64,000 nt of DNA, from NCBI GenBank assembly GCA_964276515.1, contig OZ193909.1, forward strand, positions 15,562,001 to 15,626,000. The letters are read 5' to 3'. The position numbers and the translations under genes were made by a program. Below the pieces are notes generated by a model that saw only the letters and a program-made list of their open reading frames with translations, did not search any database and had not been told where the DNA came from. The stretch comes from Gordius albopunctatus. Taxonomy: Eukaryota. Within the stretch, counting starts at the first letter, position 1. Each line of letters opens with the position of its first letter. Below are positions 58,650 to 64,000 of the stretch, piece after piece.

Positions 58650-60006
58650 CCGTGGATACTTAATTGGTCGAAATTTTGATATTTTTACCGACCACAAACC
58701 GCTGGTATCACTTTTTGCAAAGGACAATATGGATCCATTGTTAAGTCCGAGGCTGCAAAGATGGTTATTGACGCTGGGAAATTTCAATGCAACCTTAAAA
58801 TACCTTGCCAGACACATTATCAAGATTGGGAAACGATAATGATGGCCTAACATTCGAAGAGTTAGAAGGCGAAAACTTCGCAGAAGTAAACTTAATAACA
58901 CAAAATTGTGGAGATGTTGATCTGGCAAAATTATTCTAAGAGGATCCAGACTTAAGTTTGGCGTTAAATTACTTGACGGGGAAGAGTACACTAGAAACGT
59001 TACCAGCCACTTATCGAAGCTTGATAAACGAACTGGAGATCAACAACAACGTGTTATTAGGCAACGAAAATATAGTAATTCCGTCTGTGTTGCGACCTCA
59101 AGTACTAGAATTACTTCATGCAGGTCATACGGGCATAGCTAAGATGAAAGGTCTAGCGATGAGACACGTCTGGTGGCCCAAGATATCACGAGATATTACC
59201 TTGTTTGTGGGACAATGCGGGCAATGCGGAAAACTTGCCAGGACGCCAAGACACGACAAGAAGGCGAGATGGCCGTCCGCATAACAAGTTTAGGAAAGTG
59301 TACACCTGGACTTCTTTGATTTTGAAGGAAAACGATATATTATTCTCGTAGATGCGCACTCGAGTTGGGTGGAATATAAACAAGTGAGCAAGTTATCTAC
59401 GGAAGTATTGGTCGATTTCGTAAAAAATCTAGCGGGTGCTTTTGGTATACCGAAGATGATAGTATCTGACAACGGCACTGCTTTTGCCAGCGTTGAGTTC
59501 AAACAATTTTGTAGTAAATGAAAAAAAAAACAATTTTGTAGTAAATGGGGAATACAGCCTTTACTTACCCCTCCGTATCATCCGAGTACGAATGGACTCG
59601 CGGAAAAGCACGTTACTGTGGTGTAACGATGGTTGAAGAACGCTAAGGTCGAAAAGGACGGAACTTGGCTTTATCGACTTTACCACAAAGTCGCACCAAG
59701 GTTCCCTTCTCGACAACCGGGTAGCGAGATATTCCTGGGCCGTTCGATACACACGCCTGTGGATACGATGTTACAGTCAGCGCAATCGGACACCAGGTCA
59801 CAGGGCAATTCTAAATTTCAAATCGGTGATGCTGTGTGGGCGCGTAATTATATAGAGGAAGAAAAATGGTTAGAGGCTAAGATCCTATCTCAGAAAGGTA
59901 CTAAAATGTACGAGATAGAAGTGCTAGCTTCTCCGGGTAGACACGTGCGACACGTGGAGCAGTTACGCTCTAGATTAATATAATAATCTTTTTATATTTT
60001 ATCTAG

Positions 60007-60720
60007 ATGGAATATAGAACCGAATGGGTGATCGTAGAGGTGCGCTTGAGACCGATAGACCACGAACGAAGGGGGAGGCCGAGACCGATTGTGTTTGAGG
60101 TCCGAGAGCGACGGCAAATGGAACCCTATGTTAGCGTGCGTCACGAAAACACCCTCACGGAGGAAGGGGCGGCGGGTAGACATAGACGGACAACACATCG
60201 GGAGGCAGCTAGACCTAATGCGGGTAGGCAGGGTAACACGGTACCCAGACACCGTGGCCAAGCCAGGGGCTTAGCTGAACGAGTTGACCGGGTGCAGCGT
60301 CAGAATATAGCCCCGCGGGCAGCCGAGCGAATACGACGCAAAACCCTCAAAATCGCCAGATACTTCCCGTGGAGAGGGCGGAAGAAAGAAGGAGGTCGTC
60401 ACGTTGTCCGCAGACAGGAAAGCCGGCCGCGATAAGGCAAACTAGAGCCTTTTGCAGAGGATGCAAAAGCTGGCACCGAATGTCGATTTGTAGTCGAGGA
60501 ATCCCGTCCAGGCCAGCAAGGCAGGAGAGGACGGTACCGCCGTAGAATCGATAGCCTCGGTGGTTTCGTTAGCGCCGGCAGTAACGTTGACGACGGCGGA
60601 GCCTGTACGTGTGGAAGTGGTTACAATGGACACCAGTCAGATCGTAGTCAGCCCAGAGGAAGAGATGACGTTATTAGAAAATACTCCAGGGCGGGACAGC
60701 ACGGACCTGGTGGTTCCTTA
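60007..60720 (+). pseudogene. Additional non-env ORF of the Gypsy element (Arg-rich N-half, then frameshifted Val/Thr/Glu-rich half)
   Basis: ATG at 60007 just after the pol stop, 142-codon open frame; a shifted frame continues with two stops to TAA at 60718-20, 40 bp before the PPT. Confidence 0.5.
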
Positions 60721-61126
60721 ATTTGAAAGAATGAAGTGTAAGGATCTGTAACCTTTCCATGGGGGGATTAGTATTATAACTACCATTTGTATTATATAAA
60801 AGGTGGATTATCGATGTTGTAACGTATTGACGAGATAATATATTTTGTGTTCAGCTGTTTGTATTATTGATATCGAGATATTTGTATTTTTCTTTGTGAA
60901 AAAATTACATTATTTGGCGTACAGTTTTAGTTAGCATATTTAGGATATACTAGGGCCGGGGTGTGGAAACTACAGAACAAAGGATAATTATATGGTTAAG
61001 AATGAAAACATATGATGATTACAAACTCGGATTTGGTTTACAATATTAAAATATATAATTATAGCAATAATATAATCTGTAGAAAATGATATAAAAATAT
61101 ACGTATTCACAATCACATATACAAAA

Positions 61127-62680
61127 ATTTCTAAATAAAAAGCTTGCGTGGACTGGAGACAGAATAAGATTTCGTTTATCTTTTAATAATTTTTTATAAT
61201 ATAGAAGGAATGATGAGAGTCCGTAGATTCAAAAATTTTTAATTTGGTTTTTAAAATGGAAAGGCTTTCGTAAAAAGTTTTTAAGGCACTCAGGTCCCCC
61301 GATAGGTGCGCCTAAAATATACATATAATCTTTTTTAATTAGGGTAAGGTTAAAGAAATTGGGTGAATAATATCCAAGTCAAAATAAATTTCACTTTTTA
61401 AAGCGTTTAATAAGCTTAAAGTGGGATAAAAAGCATGCATTACATCTAGTTCTTGGACTAGGTTGTAGGGAGTGCCGACAAGAGTGGCGTCATTTAGATA
61501 CCAGACATAAAAAGTGAGTTTACAATGTTTTTTAATTTAATTAATTATGTGATTTATAGTCAAACTGAATAAAGGGGAGCCTAGAGGGTCGCCTTGTTGG
61601 ATCCCCTCTGCGGATTGTAAGAATTCTCCAAAATCGAAGGGCACCCGTTACTTAAAATGATGTAACTGATGTTTTGAGGAAATAACTTGATAATATTATT
61701 TATGAAAACTGTGCGGGGAATACTATTAAAAAAGGAGTCACCCACCGGGAGGTGGACCACAAAGCCTAGTTTATGTGGAATTAAAATCGGGGTCAATATG
61801 GGTTAGATAGAAGAACAAATAATTCTCCGAAATACACCGTCGAATGCGATAGGTCTGGCTGAATTGTCGGCATTTCTTATAGCTAAAAGCTAAGCTCCAA
61901 AGACTATGGGGGATATTTTTGTATACACCCATTAACTAAAAGTTTACAAAATTTGTTGAATAAGTCTAGTAAAATCGACGAGTTATTATTATTGTTATAA
62001 GAACTTTCAAATAAAATTGGGTCTATGCCGTCGAGACCACCTGCAGAATCCATAGGAAAGGATAAGATTTTCGGATGTCTGATGACTTAAAGACAATAAC
62101 TGAAGGTTTCGAGGCGATAGGTAAGTTGAACATAGGCTTTGGGAATGCTTGGAACAATTTCTTTATGTGATTTTTGTGAAAGACTCAAAAATGAATTATC
62201 TTCTTCAAGGTATTTAATTGCACTTTTTATGTTAAATGAATGCATTTTTTAGTTATATTAGCTTTTTTTTATGGGTTAATATTTGGGATTCTATGTTATA
62301 TGCTCCTAAAGGGTTGTTTTGACTGTCAAAGTTTAAAACTGATTGTTCAATATTAATTTGCTTCTTTGTCCTGAGGAATTGATGAAATGTAAAAAGAAAA
62401 TTTAAATAATTTCTCCCAATAGGATATATTATGAGAAAGATAAATAATATTGTTGAATAAGTTTATTAAAAACAGTTACTTGCACGCATGGGCCCCCGTG
62501 GAATTCTGGATATGGTTGTTGGAAATGCTTGAGATAAAAAAGCTTAACTCCATCATTTTTTAATTGTGGTTTAGTAGGTCTGATGAGTGTTGTATATTGA
62601 ATGAAGAGATCCGGGAGAAGGGTGTATATGTGAATGGGGAGTTTCGGGAGAAGGGGACGATTAAAATTAGACAGATGTGG
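61127..62680 (-). mobile_element. CRE-like non-LTR retrotransposon, RT-containing 5' part
   Basis: SFPMDSAGGLDG, SARPIAFDGVFRR, SAEGIQQGDPLGSPLFSL, VWYLNDATLVG, YILGAPIG; joins the 54900-55953 piece across ATTTCTAAA. 5' limit approximate. Confidence 0.8.
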
Positions 62681-62683
62681 AAA

Positions 62684-62941
62684 TGTAATAACAAGGAGGA
62701 GATACGATGATTGCCGATTTACAAAGATAATCAACGAAATGACATAGGAAGAGAAGCCATGAGTGATGGAAAACATTTGTACCCAGAAGAAAAAGAACCT
62801 GTGAAGATATTGAGAAGAGAGATTGTTGAATCGTTATGTTTTTTACGTCCCACGCAAGATTTGTTATGTGGTTTCGATATCCCAAATAAAATTCGGGCTT
62901 GAGAATGAATATAATAAACTTATATAACATTGGCGCCCAAC
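62684..62941 (+). mobile_element. Probable LTR plus tRNA-Lys-type PBS remnant
   Basis: TGTAATA...TATAACA with AATAAA near the end, then T and TGGCGCCCAAC (62931-41), matching the start of a tRNA-Lys PBS; no internal domain follows. Confidence 0.45.
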
Positions 62942-64000
62942 TAAAAAAGAAGCCCCCCCCCCCTTTATTCGAATTACTCAATATTTTACAAAGTGATTGC
63001 GATTCAGCTGAAACACGTATAAGTTTTTAAGATGATAAAACCATTTTAGAAATTCCGCAATATAAATTGCCTATAGATGGCGCTAATTAGAGTATACCTT
63101 TAAGTTAATTGCGGCACTCTAAAATGGGTTATTTTTATCTTCTTAAAGATATTAACAAACCCACAATTTATTAATTTATTTCGCGTATAAGTTTATGTTT
63201 AAAATTATTTGTTTTTTTAATATCAGTTTTTATAATTTTAAATTTTGGTGAGCTTACTTGCAATTGTATATTAAACAGGTATTAATGCCGGTGTAACGTA
63301 CGAAAATAACGAACGTTAGAAAATGGCAAATGTCAATTCTGAATTGTGTTAATTTTTTTTTAATTTTTATTCAATATTATTTTAAATTATAAAATACCAT
63401 TTTCCAAGCGTTGTGACGCATGCCTTGAAGATAGGCGCAGGACTAGAGATTGGGCAGCGAAATGCTATAAATGGGGGGAGAGCGGAAATGAAAGGCGTTC
63501 ATGTCCGAAAAATAATTATGCCAGGAAGATGATAGGGCGGGGGAATGTCCGAGGCGAGTCCTGGCACGACTATTAAGGATTAAAGCAGTTATTCTTTCTC
63601 ATCTCCTATATTACAAATTAGTTGCATGCTGTTTGATTATTTATGTTTAGGATGTATAAATTTCTAATATGATTATATATATATATATTTTTTTCTTTGG
63701 TTAAAAAGTTTATTTTCACGAAAAAAAGTTACATAAATAAGCGAAATACAAAGATAAAGACATATTGGTTGAATACAAAGATCTATATCATTATCTTCTA
63801 AAATGGGCCATGAGGCGGCAAAGGATTTAAAGTTGTATCGTGCTACAAGAATCCCTAGTTGTTGCGTGAGTAAAAAGGACGCAGAAATTTTTTGATTTCG
63901 GGGTGCGTTTTCCGATTTATTTAAAAAAATCCATTCCCTGTTTGCCAAAGGAACCGGAGCACGAGGCAACGACAGGGATAAAAATATTGGATGCCAAAAG

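Larger units (their letters stand above)
55954..61126 (+). mobile_element. Ty3/Gypsy element lacking 5' LTR and gag (protease, RT, RNase H, integrase, extra ORF, PPT, probable 3' LTR)
   Basis: FLMDTGATITL; WATPLVPVKKPDGSLRLCADYR, FSKLDFANAYLQ, RLPFG, YLDDVL; VDASQLGVGGVL, KEALAVV, TDHKPL; LHAGHTGIAKMK..C..C; VSDNGTAF, YHPSTNGLAEK; VWARNY..RHVEQLR; GGGGGG PPT at 60761. Confidence 0.92.

Noticed and set aside
63673..64000. Possible MULE-like transposase remnant at the window end
   Set aside because: Only a faint HP.I..F-like string across frames; not supportable without a search.

Overview
AT-rich eukaryotic (invertebrate animal) genomic DNA with three intact spliced genes in a dense transposon landscape. 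The genes are: (1) trifunctional purine enzyme GART (GARS-AIRS-GART, + strand, about 6193-26278, 20 coding exons); (2) an ace-1-type acetylcholinesterase ending in a WAT/T-peptide tetramerisation exon (- strand, 32875 to about 39411); (3) a WASP/N-WASP (- strand, 48188-54067, 12 coding exons including a 90-nt second-WH2 exon missed by the ORF track). Mobile DNA includes two converging decayed copies of one Gypsy family, two RTE-type LINE families, DINE-1/Helentron-like elements with internal satellite arrays, MITE families with 8-bp TSDs, a hAT remnant, and a CRE-like restriction-endonuclease non-LTR element. The CRE-like element is split by a 5'-truncated Gypsy copy flanked by a 9-bp direct repeat, which itself carries two solo-LTR-like inserts. 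The most notable candidates are a structured H/ACA-like RNA in GART intron 7, the apparently non-integrase insertion of the truncated Gypsy copy with a non-env extra ORF, and a possible intronic-polyadenylation route to monofunctional GARS. Exon boundaries were read by eye from GT/AG sites and protein motifs, and no searches were run. The taxon is not determinable with certainty; 37-45 nt introns and the AChE T-peptide are compatible with a nematode/nematomorph-like protostome (inference).
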